From NCBI GenBank assembly GCA_963708025.1, contig CAVPSB010000018.1, positions 256,001-320,000 of the forward strand: a stretch of 64,000 nt of DNA, in the 5' to 3' direction. Under the pieces are notes generated by a model. The model saw only the letters and a list, made by a program, of their open reading frames with translations. It was not told where the DNA came from and did not search any database. Source of the stretch: an uncultured Candidatus Rokubacteria bacterium (lineage in GTDB: Bacteria; Methylomirabilota; Methylomirabilia; Rokubacteriales; DASRDR01). Numbering within the stretch: the first letter of the stretch is position 1; each line of letters begins with the position of its first letter. This document shows positions 63,007 to 64,000 of the stretch, piece after piece. The translations under genes were made by a program, and so were the position numbers.

Positions 63007-63178
63007 GAGGACTTCGCGGGACGTCTCGGACGCTGGCCCGCGGACGCCGGGGCGAGACCGCGAGCGACCGCGGAGCGTGCCGAGGAGCGGAGATCGCGGT
63101 CGGCGAGATCGCTCGGCGGGCCGGTCGGGCGAGGCGAAGCGTAGCACCGGTGCGGAGCCCCCTGCTATACTGCGGCCT

Positions 63179-64000
63179 ATGCGAACGCTGGTCACGGGGG
63201 GCACCGGGTTCACCGGAAGCCACCTCGTGCGCCGTCTGCTGGCGCGCGGAGACGAGGTGCGGGTGCTCGACGCCGCTCCGGGCCTCTTCCACGACGAGCT
63301 GAGCCGGCTCGGGGCATCGATCACCCTTGGCAGCGTGACCGACGCCGCCCTCGTGGACCGCCTGGTCGCCGGGACCGACCTCGTCTTTCACCTCGCCGCC
63401 GCGTTCCGGAAGATCAACCTGCCGAAGCGCGACTACTGGGAGATCAACGCCCAGGGGACCCGGCACGTCGCCGAGGCGAGCCTGCGCCACCGGGTGCGGC
63501 GGCTGGTCTACTGCTCGACCCAGGGCGTGCACGGCCACGTCGCCGAGGTCCCCGGTCACGAGGGCTCGCCGATCGCGCCCGAGGACTACTACCAGCAGAC
63601 GAAGCACGAGGGCGAGCAGCTCTTGTGGGAGGTGGCGAAGCAGGGCCTGGAGGCGTGCGTGCTCCGCCCCATGGGGATCTACGGCCCCGGCGACCCCGGG
63701 CGCTTCCTGATGCTCTTCCGCGCCGTCCGCCGGGGGCGGTTCCTGATGTTCGGCGACGGCGAGGTATTCTACCACCCCTGCTACATCGACAACCTGGTGG
63801 ACGCCTTCGAGCTGGCCGCCGAGCATCCGAAGGCCGTGGGCGAGACCTACCTGATCGGCGACGATCGCTACGTCTCGCTGAACGAGCTGGTGCGGGCCAC
63901 CGGCCGGAGCCTCGGGGTCGACGTGCGGATCGTCTATCTGCCGTATGCGCCGCTCTGGCTGGCCTCGGCGCTGTGCGAGGCGATCTGCAAGCCGCTCCGG
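63179..64000 (+). CDS. NAD-dependent epimerase/dehydratase (runs off window end)
   Basis: MRTLVTGGTGFTGSHL, VFHLAA, YQQTK, IYGPGD; TGCTATACT extended -10 lies 7 nt upstream. Confidence 0.9.
   Translation, partial: MRTLVTGGTGFTGSHLVRRLLARGDEVRVLDAAPGLFHDELSRLGASITLGSVTDAALVDRLVAGTDLVFHLAAAFRKINLPKRDYWEINAQGTRHVAEASLRHRVRRLVYCSTQGVHGHVAEVPGHEGSPIAPEDYYQQTKHEGEQLLWEVAKQGLEACVLRPMGIYGPGDPGRFLMLFRAVRRGRFLMFGDGEVFYHPCYIDNLVDAFELAAEHPKAVGETYLIGDDRYVSLNELVRATGRSLGVDVRIVYLPYAPLWLASALCEAICKPLR

Noticed and set aside
63010-63160. Possible structured RNA between the GT-C gene and the epimerase
   Set aside because: Only short GC-rich hairpins, with no second copy or recognisable motif.

Overview
Very GC-rich bacterial DNA. 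Gene content (Nitrospira-type NXR, actinobacteria-like AddAB, many polar amino-acid ABC and glycosyltransferase genes) suggests Ca. Rokubacteria/Methylomirabilota; this is inference only. Single-base indels are frequent and clustered, as expected from long-read error. Main blocks in order: (1) a Type I restriction-modification locus (hsdR, HEPN/TIGR02391 gene, hsdS, fic, truncated hsdM) with a duplicated 64-bp palindromic module; (2) housekeeping genes, including a MerB-like lyase whose second catalytic Cys position is an in-frame TGA followed by a SECIS-like hairpin (probable selenoprotein); (3) an amino-acid ABC transporter with a class III aminotransferase, and a sigma54-driven type IV pilin; (4) addAB and a DUF547-radical SAM fusion; (5) a periplasmic (Tat) nitrite oxidoreductase-type operon; (6) a large surface-glycosylation cluster. 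Intergenic space holds at least three families of palindromic repeats placed just after stop codons. These often carry micro-ORFs that overlap neighbouring genes. They are themselves invaded by a ~21-22-nt cUUCGg hairpin module, seen in 8 copies. No rRNA, tRNA, CRISPR array or transposase was recognised.
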